From contig CM052816.1 of assembly GCA_028534125.1 (NCBI GenBank), positions 90,274,001 through 90,338,000 of the forward strand: a stretch of DNA of 64,000 nucleotides, given 5' to 3'. The stretch comes from Lama glama (lineage: Eukaryota). Below the pieces are notes generated by a model that did no database searches, was not told the DNA's origin, and was given only the letters and a program-made list of their open reading frames with translations. Each line of letters opens with the position of its first letter. Positions within the stretch are counted from its first letter, which is position 1. This document shows, in pieces, positions 38,201 to 52,869 of this stretch. Both the position numbers and the translations under genes were made by a program.

Positions 38201-38499
38201 TTCAATAGCTTTAAATGCACCGTCTCTAATGTGGAGACCACTGATACAGAGGATGGATTAGATGGGGTGAATTAAAGATTCAAAAAAAGCAAAAGTGAGA
38301 CCCTCAGCCAGGGTCAAGCATAGGCGCTAAGACCCCACTGCCACTGGGTCTTGGGTGCATTTTACCCGCATCAGAGGTGAAGGAGAGTCGCGGAGGCTGG
38401 AGGTAGCACCAGCTCCCACAGAAGTGCTCAGGTCAGTCAAGAGACAAAGGTTTGTTGTTCCTTAAAGACAATGGGATGCTTTAGCCTTGGGTCATTGAC

Positions 38500-38915
38500 T
38501 ATCTCTTCTCACTGCCTGGACGCTCTTCCTTAACATTCACTTGCTTAACTCCTTCAGTCCCTTCAAACCTATTTTCAATACCACCTGCTAGGGAGACCCC
38601 TCCTGACTGTCTTACACAGTTTTGCATCCTGACAACCCCTCCTCCATAGCGCTCATCATCCTTTCTCCTGCTCTGTTTTTTTCTTTGTCCATTGACTTTT
38701 ATCCCCTTCTAACATACCAAATAATTTACTCATGTGTGTCTGTGCCACCTTTTTCTTGCTTGATAGCCTTGTCATTTAGTTTCCTTTTCCTTCTCTTAGT
38801 GGGTATGTACTACAAAGCAGGGATTTTTGTCGTGTTCAACAGTATCTTCAAAAGCCTAGAGGAGTATTGGGTGCTCGTAGACACTCAAAAAATAATTTCT
38901 GGAAGGATAAATTAA
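38500..38915 (+). mobile_element. L2a-like 3' end
   Basis: CTGCCTGGACGCTCTTCC...GCAGGGATTTTTGTC...GTAGACACTCAAAAATAATTTCTGGAAGGAT. Confidence 0.75.
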
Positions 38916-40019
38916 CATCAAAATAGTGTAAATTACTAGAACAAAAACTACGAAACTTACATAGATGATTGAAGAAATCTTACTGGACATTTTAATAAAT
39001 TAGAGATTTAGCGACATGTAAGTTTAACACAGGGATAAGAAAGCTCCTCATTTCCAGAGCAACTATGAAGTCAAATAGACTCAGGTGGGAATTTGGATAA
39101 AATCTGTAATTCCAAATTTGCACATTTTGCCGAAATAACTGGTTACCATGCAACCTCAGCCAACTGAGCGCTTAAACCAAATAATAGTAATAATGATAAG
39201 CTTGGGAATTGACTCTAAAATTCTCCTAAAATGGCATAATTGATTCCCCAGTGCTTAATCATTTTTAACTTTTAAGGTTTTAAAAGTAGGTATTAAATGA
39301 CAAAGTCAACCAAACCCTTAATAGTTATAATTCTGTGTTAAACAATAATGTTCACATATTTTATGTTTTAAATGTGTGCAACTTTTAAGATAATTCTGCC
39401 ATTGCAGTAGCAGATTAGTTTATCATTTCAGTTTAAAATGTCTTAATGAGTAATTGTTTTAGACTCTTAACTTGAAATTTCACTAAGTTTACAAAAAAAA
39501 AATTTAAACCTTAAAAAAATTAGACCCTTCCAATGCAAAAGTTTAATTTATTAGACTTACAAGAATTATTTGAGTACATAGAAATGTTATTTTTATTTTG
39601 GCTGAGGAAATAGATGTCCCTAAATGAGAATCAAATACATTAAAATTATAAATTATTTTTTAATGTTAAAATATATTAAATTACTTTATAAAATTGCCCT
39701 TAATGTGGTCATTAAAATCTATTAAATTTATCAGGAGAATGATGAGGTATGTAATTGAACTTAAAAACTTGATAATGAATAAGAGCTTTAAAGCTTCTTA
39801 TTTGAAGTTTAATAAATAGATTATTAATTTTAAAATAAACTAGCGCTCAACTAACCTTTTCTGTGCCCCCAAATAGCCACACTTTATGAAAGTGCTCATG
39901 TTGTATAAATGAGTTCAACAAAAATTTGTTGGAGTAATTTATTTTGAATAAATAAGAAAGAAGAATGGTGAAAATGAGGGACTTGTACTTGGTGAAGAAA
40001 GTAAAACCAAGAGAAGAAG

Positions 40020-40456
40020 TGGAATTGGTGTTTTTTGTACCACATATGCTCAGCCCAACAATTTCAGCTGTAAGCTGCAATGGACAGCTGCCCTGTACCT
40101 GTCAGCACCTCAAGTGCCTGCCGCATCTCTCCACTTTGCTGCCCAGGAATGTTTTGCAAAGTCATAGGAGTTCACTGTAATACTAAAACAAAATTATAGA
40201 TTAGGAAACAAGCAGGGGCAACCCTCAACTAATTGGAGAATGTGAATTAGTAGCTATATGTCTCCCCAACCTCCTATCCATCCCTGGGATAAATCCTCAG
40301 AGGCTCAAGTATACACGGTGGTAACCAGCTCAACAAAGCATTTTTTTACTGGCATATAAAAATTTCTCCTACCTCCTGGGATCACCTCCCAGATAAATTC
40401 CATGTACCTAAGTCCTTTCTCAGGCTCCACTAGGAGGGAAAGGCAAAGGTAGGACA
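40020..40456 (+). mobile_element. LTR16-like ERVL LTR
   Basis: CCTGGGATCACCTCCCAGATAAA...CTCAGGCTCC...AGGACA terminus. Confidence 0.8.
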
Positions 40457-40479
40457 GTATATCAAGATATTCTCAAGAA

Positions 40480-41760
<1,281 letters not shown>

Positions 41761-41799
41761 AAGAGAAATATATACAGATGTAAATTAGACATAAAAGGA

Positions 41800-42302
41800 T
41801 ACTAGTATCATTAATGATTAGGGAAATACACATTAAAGCTGCAATTAAATACTACTACACACATATTTGAGTGGCTGAAATTAAAATGCCTGTCTCTACC
41901 AGATGCTGGTGAGAATATGGAGCAACTGGAATATGGAGCTTGTACATGCTGGGAATGTGAAACAGTGCAATCACCTTGAAAAATATTTTTCACTTCTTGT
42001 AATGTTGAACGTACCTATATAACCTGGCCATATCATTCTAAGGTACTTACCTAAGAGGAATAGAAGTATATGCCCATACAAACACCTGTACATGAATGTT
42101 TGCAGCAACTTTTTTCATCAGCATCCAAAACTGAAACAACTCAAATAGATGTCCATCTGCAGGTGAATTTATTAACAAATTGTAGTATAATCCATGCAAT
42201 GGAATCCTACTCAGCTATAAAAAGGAATGAATTATTGATATGTACAACATGGATCAATCTCAAAATAATTGTGCTGAGTGAAAAGAATCCTACCACCTCC
42301 AC

Positions 42303-42334
<32 letters not shown>

Positions 42335-42635
42335 AACACACGCAAAAGTACATACCGCATGATTCCACATAAATAAAATCTAGAAAATCCAAACTAATGT
42401 ATAGTGACATAAATACAGCAGTGATTGCTTGGGGACACGGACAAGTTTAGGGGCAGGACGAGTTGGGGAAAAGTACCAAGAGGGGCACAAGGAAATTTGG
42501 TGGAGAAGGATGTATTATGTTGATTGTGGTAATGACTTAACAGGTGTATACAAATGGCAAAACTTTATCAAATTGTACAATTTAAATAAAATATAAGTAG
42601 TTTATTATATGTCAGTTATACCTCAGAATGCCATT
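41800..42635 (+). mobile_element. L1MC/MD-like ORF2 C-terminus and 3'UTR
   Basis: ORF 42070-42372 includes MESYSAIKRNELLICTTWINLK. A CA-rich tract lies at 42303-42342. Confidence 0.85.
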
Positions 42636-42639
42636 TAAC

Positions 42640-43520
42640 TGATAAAGGATTATTATCCAGAACATAAAAAGAATTCTTACAATTCAATAGGAATAAATTA
42701 GCCTGATTTTAAAATGAGCAAATGACTTGAATAGACACTTCTCCAAAAAGAGTAAACCAATGGCCAATAAACATTGAAAAAATGTTTAACATCACTAATT
42801 ATTAGGAAAATACAAAGCAAAACTACAATATCATTTTGCACTCACTAGAAGAGCTATCATGAAAGAAAAAGGAAATAATGTGTTGGCAAGAATGTAGAGA
42901 AATTGGAAAGTTTGTGCAGTGCAGGTGAGAACATAAAATAACATAGCATGGTGGTTCCTCAAAAAATGAAACAGAATTACTCCATGATCCAGCAATTTCA
43001 CTCCTGGGTATTTACCTAAATGATTTAAAAGCAGACATTTGTATACCCATATTCATAGCAGCATTATTCATAATAGCCGAAAGTTGAAAGCAACCCAAGT
43101 ACCTAATGGTGGCCAAACTGATAAACAAAATGTGGTGTATGCACACAACAAAATATTATTCAGTGTTAAAAAGGAAAGAAATTCTGACACATAATACAAC
43201 ATGGATGAACCTAGAAGACATTATGCTCAGTGAAGTAAGCCAGTTAAAAAAGGAAAAGTACTCTATGACTCTACCTCTGTGAGGTAACAAGAGTAGCCAA
43301 ATTCATACAGAAAGAAAGGAGCTGGGGGAGCGGAGAATGGGGGACATTGTTTAATGGATACGGAGTTTCAGTTTTGCCAGATGGAAAGTTCTGGGGAGGA
43401 TAGTGATGGTTGCATCACATGTGAATGTAGTTAATGCTACTGAACCATACACTTAAAAATGGTTCCAATGGTAAATTTGATGCTGTGTGTATTTTGCCAC
43501 AATAAAAAGGCTATTTAAAA
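42640..43520 (+). mobile_element. L1MB-like 3' end
   Basis: ATGACTTGAATAGACACTTCTCCAAA...ACATGGATGAACCTAGAAGACATTATGCT...CCACAATAAAAA. Confidence 0.88.
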
Positions 43521-44549
43521 ATAAGGAAGAAGAAATACTATTAGTATTGTTGCAAAATGGCTCCCCATGCTGTTGTTAATATCATTAAGAAGAGGAGAAT
43601 AAGCAGTGATCTGCTGAAATATCCACGGAATGAGAGATGTGAGCCAGAGTTCAGAAGATGGTTGCATCTCAGTGGGTGAGAAATTTCCTAGTGTGTTCTC
43701 TCATAACTACTTGTGATTCCAGAGCAAAATAGTGGCTATCCACAGCCCAGAAGCAGGGCTTGGGAGAAATGTAAAACCTACTTGTCTATCATTCACTATC
43801 CTCAACATATCTTAAGGTTTCCTTGGTCCTCAAGCTGTAGGAAGTGCCGACAGTCAGAAAGCAAGAATAAGATTTATCTTACGTCAAAAAGTACCCCAGA
43901 TTCCCACACTTTATCCAGCTGGATAATGCACATCAACATAATTTCCTAATTAACCTCATCCATTTTTGTCTCCACTCCCAGTGTTTTCCACATGTTTTCT
44001 CTGGGGAGTATATGATGATAGATCTATTCATGAATTAAAATTCTAGGTATGGGGTCACCCTTAATTTGTGTTTTTCTGACAGACTTTTCCTATTTTATTC
44101 TGTAAGTTCCTCTATAGCAAAATTTTTGAAACTAATGTTGGGTCTATCACAAGTGTTTATTTTTCAAAGTCATCATGCTTATTCTACCATCTTTGAAAGT
44201 TTTATTTCTCCCTAAGGCATCTTTCTTGTAAACAATCTAACATCCAACAGAATTCAATCTATTTGGCCCTCTTACTGCATCTCACCTGTACTCAGAGTCA
44301 CAACTCCTAAAAATTCCCCAGGCTTGTTTTCGAATACCGTGAAACGTATTTTTCATGATAACATAAGGTTACTTTGGAAATTGCCAATAAGTGCCAGAAG
44401 TTCCCTATACTAATTTTCCTGATATTTCTCCCTATATCCAAACAGCTGTATGACTTTTCAGCCACTAGAATGAGATTCCTCAGTTGATGTCACTTTTGCC
44501 TCCTTACCTGCAGCTGTTGGAGGGGAATTTTCAATAATTTTAATTACTA

Positions 44550-44748
44550 ATCAATAACATTTACTGAACCCTTATCATCTGCAAGGCCCTATTCCAAGCA
44601 CTTTATAGATATGAATCTCCCTTAGTAGAGATAAAATTATGAGCACCCTTTCCTAGAATATAATAACAAAAGACAGAGAAGTTAAGCTAAAAAAGGATTC
44701 AACTTCAGGGAGCCTGGATCCAGAGCCCACACATCGAACTACTACACA
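44550..44748 (-). mobile_element. MIR SINE
   Basis: AACATTTACTGA...AAGCACTTTA...ACAGAGAAGTTAAG...CCAGAGCCCAC. Confidence 0.7.
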
Positions 44749-45953
44749 GCTTAATTCTTTCAATCCCTTCCAAACCAGGCTCCTAAAACCAGTAACACGT
44801 CACATATCCTTCCTTCTTCCCCACTGGATCTCCTTATTTAGATCCCTCTTTTAAAGCAATTAAGATGAAGAGCACATTCTTTGGGTTTTCCCAGTGGTCT
44901 CCAAGGAAAATCTTTTCTTCTTTCAGATCCTGGTAATCCTGAAGTTGTTTTCTGATGTTCTTAAACACTTCTTCTTCTTAGTTTTGTGTTTATTTGAAGC
45001 ATCTTGTAATCCTTCTTTCTTTAACAGATGTCCTTTCACTGTTGCTCTGACAAGTTAATTCCTGAAGAACTCTGGTCATATTTCTTAGATGATTGGGAGG
45101 AGGAGGAGGAAGCACTCTGAATTTGTAATTATTTCTTTCAGAATTTTTCTTTCTCTCCATCCAGGTGGTTACTTCAGCATCTCCAACTCCTCTACCCTTT
45201 AATTTGTAAATAAAATGATTCAGGTCCAACAACAGAGGTTGGTCAAGGCATAGATTTATCCTAATTTTCTATAGTTTCCAGCTCTGAGCCCTGACTCTCC
45301 TGATTTCCCCAACTCACTTTAACATCTCTCTTTTAACTGTATTTTCCCTTCACCCTGTGATGACCCCAAGACACACAGTCTCTTTCGATCTTGATTTCTG
45401 GCAAACATCACTCTCACAAGGCAGTTCTGAGGAATAGGCATTAATGAGGATTCAGGGAGTAGCACTGGAGTATTACACAGAAGCCTAGCAGAAACTAGAA
45501 CATAAAGTTAAGTGCTACATATTTCTTTGTTGAAAACCTCTCAACTATTCCCCATTGCAGGGAATTTCTCACTTGTGGAATCCCTACCTCCCTTCCCCTC
45601 CTTACACAATTAGTTCCCCTCACTCATTCCCTTTCTCAGTAACTGCAAGAGTCAGCTCAAATTTTTTTCTCAACTTATTAAGCAAAGTAACACATATCCA
45701 TGGGGACTTTTGCTGAAATTAATGATGACAATCCCCTACTTATTTCAGCTAAAAAATAATGATTATATATGTGTGTGTGGAAAGGGACATTTTTGCTTAG
45801 ATAAACTCAAAAGTGCTTAAAGTTACAAATGTTCCTCTCTTATAGGATGGCTTCTAGCCTTTGATGTGTCAATGTGAGCTATGTGCCTAGTGGGGAGATC
45901 TTATAGTTATAATACTGCTTAGTACACAATTGGGGTACTCCTTCTTAAAAAAA

Positions 45954-46076
45954 TTTTTTTCCAGGGAGTAAGTAATTAGGCTTATTTATTTAGTTTTTCA
46001 ATAGAGGTACTGGGGATTGAACCCAGGACCTCATGCATGCTAAGCATATGCTCTACCACTTAGCTGTACCCTCCCC
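45954..46076 (-). mobile_element. tRNA-derived SINE (Vic-1-like)
   Basis: Reverse complement of the SINE at 875-1006 (GGGGATTGAACCCAGGACCTCATGCATGCTAAGCA...ACCCTCCCC). Confidence 0.92.
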
Positions 46077-47019
46077 TCATGATGCTCCTTTGGAGATTAT
46101 TTACCTGGAAGTTTCTGCCCTGTGGTCACTGAATTTAAAAGAAATTCTAGGGCAATGCCCGATACATGGTGGGTCGGTAATAATTCTCCAAAGAATCTGA
46201 AAAAGATATCATGAATAACTAAATAAATAACTTAAGGAAGACTCAGAGCTTCCTGCAGCCCACTTCTGTTTATAGGTTTCCTTTGAGAACTGTGATTTTA
46301 GGTATGAGAATTATGAATATTTTCTGGTAAGATAACCGTAATTTGAATGGACTTTCATTACAGCAGTATAAGATTATATACTTTCAATTGCAAATTATCT
46401 TATCCTTTGCTTAGAGCAAATATAATTTGGAATAGAAGATATTTCGACATAGAAAGGAAAGAATACAGAATATTTAACTATAGAAGGGGAAGTAATAACT
46501 TCCACAAACTGAGATGTGGAGAATGAAATGTGCTCTGCCTCTCAGGTCCTCTGTGGAGCTGGATGGCTGGGAATATGGGTGTAAATATGGGATCCTCAAG
46601 CCCACAGGGAAGTCTTTTCTGGTCACCAACTGATTTGGTAGCACCTACTCACCATAGCCAGGGTGCTTCCTGATGTATTTCCCACAGTATTATGAAGTCA
46701 TTTCCCCCTCTTCTTGTTTTTCTCCTCACGAGAGAAATGTACAGCTATGACCCCAATTATTAATGTTGCTAATTAAGCATACGCAGCTAACATGCAGACT
46801 TACCCTTATTTACACTAACATTTGCCAACAATGCGGGTAGGTCTCAGCCCCTTACAAGCACTTCTGCATTAGGCAGGAATAAATAATTAAAGTTTTAGCA
46901 TCACCTTTCCTATTCCAAATCACAATGAACACTCACTATGACACCCACCTTTTAGGCCAACTGTATATAATAAAATATTAATTTTGTGGAAAAAAGGAGA
47001 CTATGGTACATCTTGAGGA

Positions 47020-47180
47020 TGTCTTGCCTATTTAAGTATCTGTTACGGCTATAAACTGTGTGTGGACAAATAGTGTTAAAGCCTGAAAAGCATGCACATG
47101 ACGTCAGGTGTGTCTCCTCCATCTGACGGAGGACCGATAGCAGCCCAGGGGAAAGCGATGATGCTGAAGACGCCTAAACC
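47020..47180. promoter_or_regulatory. Candidate CRE-containing promoter/enhancer
   Basis: Full CRE TGACGTCA at 47099-47106, half CRE TGACG at 47124-47128, local CpG retention, TATA-like motifs near 47030-47055. Confidence 0.45.
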
Positions 47181-47616
47181 TCAGCTAACTTCATCCAGCA
47201 TGTGCTACACACTCCATGGTCACAGTCAAAAAACAGCTATAGAAGAAGGTGAATTCTAACTGAGCTTCAAAGATTAAAAAAAATACCAATTACTAAAAAC
47301 AAAAATCTCCTAAGACATCGCTTCTCTATAATGCTTCACTTTTTCTCTGAAGTTACAACCAAAGATTAACAAGGAGAAGAGGCAGTGCAAGCACGTGTAT
47401 TCTCTAAGTCTTTCTGGGGTTCAGAGCCCTGGAAACTCAGCTGTTATGATAATTACTGCTGAACCCTGTAGGAAAGACTCTTACCAATTTCTTTTAGAAT
47501 TTGAGGAAACTAAACCTGGATAGAGAAGGCAAATTGGTTATGCTCTCCTTGACAGCCAAGATCATCCAGATTGATGATACATCAATACTGTGCTCATTTG
47601 ATTTGGCTGCTTACAT

Positions 47617-47666
47617 GATTGATCAATGATTGATAGATAGATAGATAGGCAGACAGACAGATAGAT
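47617..47666. repeat. Imperfect (GATT/GATA/GACA)n tetranucleotide repeat
   Basis: Read directly. Confidence 0.8.
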
Positions 47667-48719
47667 TCTAATGAGAAAATCAAAAAAAAAGATGAAAGAA
47701 CAATAGGAGGATGTTGGTCAACGTAAAGAATTAGATAAAACAGTCAAATAGATCCCTAGATAATTTTATTCATAAAATCAGTTTAACGTTTGTAAAGGCT
47801 TGTTTACAATGTATAATCTTGCAGTTGTGATACGAACTCCCTCACTAAATCCATGTTAAACTTCATATTAAATATTTGACTCCACCAGGACACTTCTATG
47901 GGCATCCAAATCAGAATATACTAATGTTATTAAATCTGACCAGCTTTCTCAAAATACATTTTTTCTTGCTCAAAATAAAGTCATTGAGAGAGTATTTCAT
48001 TATGTGGAAGACTTTGGAAGGTTAGAGATATACCTTATGTTTGGGAGAATAATTTGGGAGAAAATAAATTCTTACCTTATATTCAAGTGTACATGATAAT
48101 TCCTAATCCAAACAAAATGCTTTGGCATTTTGAATAGTCTTTGGAGAACATATGTTTGGAACCATGGGACAAAGTGCACCATGCTACCAAAAGCATTTAA
48201 AAGCAAATGGAAGAAGTAACCATGCTATATCAGGCAATTTATTAAGTTTGCAGTTTAAGATTTATTGGGTCATCATATTCAATATGAGTTGGAAGAGTTA
48301 GAGCCTAGGGGTAAGAAAAGCAATTGAAAGCAAAACGCATTGATCCAAGAAGAATCATGTGAAAGCCTAAACTAAGATAGTGAGAGGAAAGGAAAAAGAA
48401 AGAACTATGATTCAAAACCTGTAAAGGCAGCAATAATTAGATAAGTTATTAGGAATACACAGAGCAAAAAAGTACAAGGCTAGTAGGTGTCTGATTTTTC
48501 TAGCCTGAGACATTGACATAGAAGCTGTCTTTAATAAGAATAGAGGAAACTTCTATAATAATATATTAGCACCTTGATAAGAGCTGGGAATTGATTGCTG
48601 GCTCTGTCACCTTTTAGGAAAAATTGGTCCATTCTTAGTGAAAAATTAGAAGGAAGAGATATACACAGACTCAATTATTTTTTTGTGAAAATAATTGTGT
48701 AAAAAGTTGAACTCTTAAA

Positions 48720-49903
48720 GAAAAATTATTTACTCAGGTTTTTCCAGATACAATGTACATTTAGCAAAGTTCACCTTTTTTAGATATACAATTCACAGAG
48801 TTTTGAACAACATTAACAGTCACATACCTCCAACAAAATTGAAGTGAAGATCGTTTTTATTTCTCAAAAAGTTTCTTTATTCTACTTTGTGATTAATCCT
48901 TTCCCCCCATCCTTAGCCCATAGTAACTGATGATCTGATTTTTGTCTCTACAGTTTTGCCTTTTCTAAAACATTGTATAAATGAGATAATATACCAGTTT
49001 TTGAGCCCTTTTCCTTAGCATCATGTTTTTTACCCATTTCATGTGGATATGTATATATTAGTAGTTTTTCTTCTTATTGTACTATATGTGTGCACAATAA
49101 TTTGTTTATCTATAAACCAGTTGATGGATATTTGGTGTGTTTCCATTTTGGGCAGTTGTGAAAACAGCTACCATAAACATTCATGCATAGAAAACCTTAC
49201 AGACAAATGTTTTCTTTTTACTTTTATTTTATTTTTATTTTTGAGTAAACACCTAGGAGTGACATGCTGGATCAAATGATAAAAATATGCCTGACTTATC
49301 AGAAACCACAAAATTATTTTCTAATGTGGTTTAAATATTATAACCACATTAGAAAATAATTTCTAAATATTATAGAAACCTAATTATAAAATTTCCAAAT
49401 ATTATAGTAACCTAATTATAAAACCTAAAACTATGAAATTTCCAAAAAAGAATATGAGAAAGAATCTTTATAACTTTAGATTAGGCAAAGATTTGTTTAG
49501 ATAGAAGAGGTAAGGCACCACCCACTAAAAATTTACAAATTAGAGTTAGTCAAATTAAACATTTTGCTCTTTGAAAGACACTGTTAAGAAAATGGAAAGA
49601 TAAGCCACAATCTGGGAGAAAGTATTTGCAAAACATGTATCTGATAAAGGATACTTATCCAGATTGTATAAAGAACTCTCACAACTCAGTAATAAGAAGA
49701 CAGCCCAACAAAACCTGGGCAAAATATCTGAATAAACATTCACCAGAGAAAAGATACAGGTGGCAAATAGGAACGTGTAAAGATTTGAAGATGTTAAACA
49801 TTGTAATTAGGGAAATACAAATAAAAAACATAATTGAATATTATATATTTTAGAAGGCCTCATTTTTTTTAATGTAGAGGAAGATAAAGAGTAACTAGAA
49901 CAT
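48720..49903 (-). mobile_element. Old L1 (L1MB/MC-like) 3' end with 5' inversion
   Basis: Antisense 3' part 48720-49331. A sense ORF2 segment at about 49410-49903 corresponds to the L1 region just upstream of it. Confidence 0.75.
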
Positions 49904-52869
49904 TGAGCTTGACCTCTTTATATTTTGTTTCTGATGGTGGATCAATACTTGTGATAGAAAAACAGTCTTCATTTGAGAGACAGGATCTTTTCTTCTATAA
50001 TATTACTCAAGAAGCTTCTTTCAGAAACAAGCAGACAAAGTCTCCAATTTTTAGCAACCTTGTTTCATGTAAGACACTTCTCTGAAGACATTAATTATAG
50101 TTGGAAATCAAGTTCTTCCTAACTACTATCTATAATAAATATCTTCCACTTGGAAGAAATGGAGACAGAGACAGAGAGAGAAGACAGAAAAAGAAAGAAG
50201 TAAGTAGAAAGAAAGGGAAGCAGGGCAGAAAACAGAAAGGGAGAGATGGAGAGAAAATAGATTTCATTTTAATCCAGAGACTTAGATAACATGGAGCTAA
50301 TAGTGTCCATCAGGAATTTGAATCTGTGGTCCTGAATCATGCAAATAAAAAAAGAAAATTTAAAATTTTTAAGATTATTTCACTGACTGTTTTTCAGTTA
50401 TCTTTTCTACAACAGACATTTGGGTTACAGATTATTTTTTAATTGCCTCTCACTACTCAATGCATTGGGCAATAATTGCTTGCTCAAAAAGGCAAAGTTA
50501 GGTACCTTGTATTAAATGGATATCAAAGCCTGAAATCACTCAATTAAGAGCTCTGATCAAAAGACTCCTTTTCTATATGCCTAACCCTCATCAAAATGAA
50601 TGCTTCTGCATGAACTGAATTTGGCGAGAGTTGTTTGTTTGGTCATTATATAACCCTCCATTTGCTTTGCCTACATATGTCCCCACTGACACTTGCTGCC
50701 AGGCTAAGCAGAATTTAGACCAGGAATTTGCAGTCAGTACTGAAAAGCAGCAAGTGAGCAGCAGGTTCAGTTTCTGGTAAAGACCCAGGTCACAGGGGTG
50801 GGTAGGGGCAGCCAGAGGTCAAAGAAATACAGAGCCAAGTGGGACCGATGCCAATTTTCATGGTAAAGAGCTGGAGCCAAGAAGTCATCCAGAGCCCTGG
50901 AAGCATCCACAATGACTCAAGACGGGCAACAGTTTCCAGAGAGATCGAATTCTGCAGGATGCTCCAGGAAACCATTGTAGGTTAACATGTCTGAGCCAAT
51001 CCCTAATCTGTAACATTGTACAGATACCATATTCACTCTAAAACCCTGGGATTACTAAAATGCTGTGGATCTTTTTGCTGTTGTTTTGGTTGTTTATAAT
51101 GATTGTTTTCTCCATTAATAAGCACAATACAGATAATTTTATTATCTTCATTCTCCTTTCTTCAGGCAGATAATTGCAAATCTTTAGATTCATGTAATAT
51201 TTACTTTTGTTTGTCTCTCCTGACCATGTTGGCATATTGAAAATTAGATACTTGATAAAATATTTGTTGACTAAATTTTTCACTCATATTCAGAGAGGTA
51301 ATTCTATGTAGAAAAAGCAAAACTATACTAGAAGGGGACTTTGAATTCTAGCATTTTCTCAGTAGATAGCTTGAGATTTACCTAAATTTTGTGTGTCTCA
51401 TTTGCCACATTTGCAAAATGTAGATAATAAAATAATGCTTTAGCTACCTGAACATAGAAGGTTAAACCAAAATATTGTCGGATAGCCACAAAAATTGAAC
51501 AGACTTTTTGGAAGAATAGGAGAGTTCTACAATATTTTTTGGAGGAATTGGGTTCTCTGTCCTTACACTCCCAATATGGAGCTGGGAGAAATATAGAAAG
51601 CATTTACATACAATTGCACTTCCATAAGCTGGAAAAAAAAAAAAGCCTTCAGAACCAATAGGGCCATTAATCCCACCTATTTCAATGAGATGCCTCACAA
51701 GTTGTTCTTCATCACTGTGGACCCACAGATCTTGGACATACTTTACCTCAACTCTTTAACTTATTACATTAACATTGTCAAACCAAGTCAGTGTTGGATG
51801 AGAGTTTGGAATGCCTTAGGAAGAACTTGCTAGAAGAAAGAGCACATATAGAAAAATCAAATTAAATGTTAAAAGAATCCAATTTCACATTCCAGTTTCT
51901 TGATGACATGTAGCTCAAGATACATTTCTCCCTTCCTAAATACTATTCTAATACTACATATAAGAAAAATAAAGGGAAAGAAAGACATTATAAAGAGACA
52001 TGTCCTATCAGTGGACAAAAATTGGAAAATTCCTTGACATCAAGAGAATACCACTCATTACTGAACTCAAGCAGAAGCAAGTTACCCTAAAGGATAAGTG
52101 TAAAATATTTTTCAACAAAATAATCCAAAAATGTAGTGCTGAAAGAAGAAGTGACAGGGAGGTCACGTGGAAGACTGCAGAGTAACATCCACAGTTCTCT
52201 CCTCCCTAGACACACCTGACTGTATAATTTACGCTACGCTTGGATTTGGCTTGGAATGGTTACTAAGAAAAGTGGGAATTTTGCCAAAGCTGACTTTGAT
52301 TGTTGCTGTTAGGAGAGAGAGAAAAGAGAAATAGTTCTCCAGCTAACTTCCAACCACAATGCACATGCAGGATGAAATGACTCAGCACAGCCATAAATTC
52401 CCCAGAAACTAATATTTACAGTAAATCCTTCCCTATACTTACAACTGGCAGCCAGAATTCAGGCCAGAAACAGACACTTCTAATATCTCACCATCAGAAG
52501 ATGGAAATTTGGTTGGTTTAGAAAGTAGACACCAGGAAGCAAACCCAAGAACTTTAACAACTCTACCACAACTGGGAAAAGAGTGTCTTCTCAAAGCATT
52601 AGTGTCTAGTTTTTCCATAGTGAAGAAACTCAAAACAGTCAAAAACAAAACAAAAACCCAAAGTGTTGGTATGGCTATAAACTGTGCCTGTAGCAATGCA
52701 AACTGATTTTGTAACAGACAGAAAAAGGTAGCACGTCTACCTGTTGACAAAACTATATATACTCTTGGCTCAGTGCTTTATGAAGTCCGTGCCAGCTGCA
52801 ATGTATGGATATACTCCATCAGTTCTAAAGATTGGCACTATTGTTGGATAATATGACATTGCAGGATTC

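Noticed and set aside
50760..50990. Open frame GQPEVKEIQSQ... as an exon
   Set aside because: No polypyrimidine acceptor; more likely an ancient LTR-derived segment.
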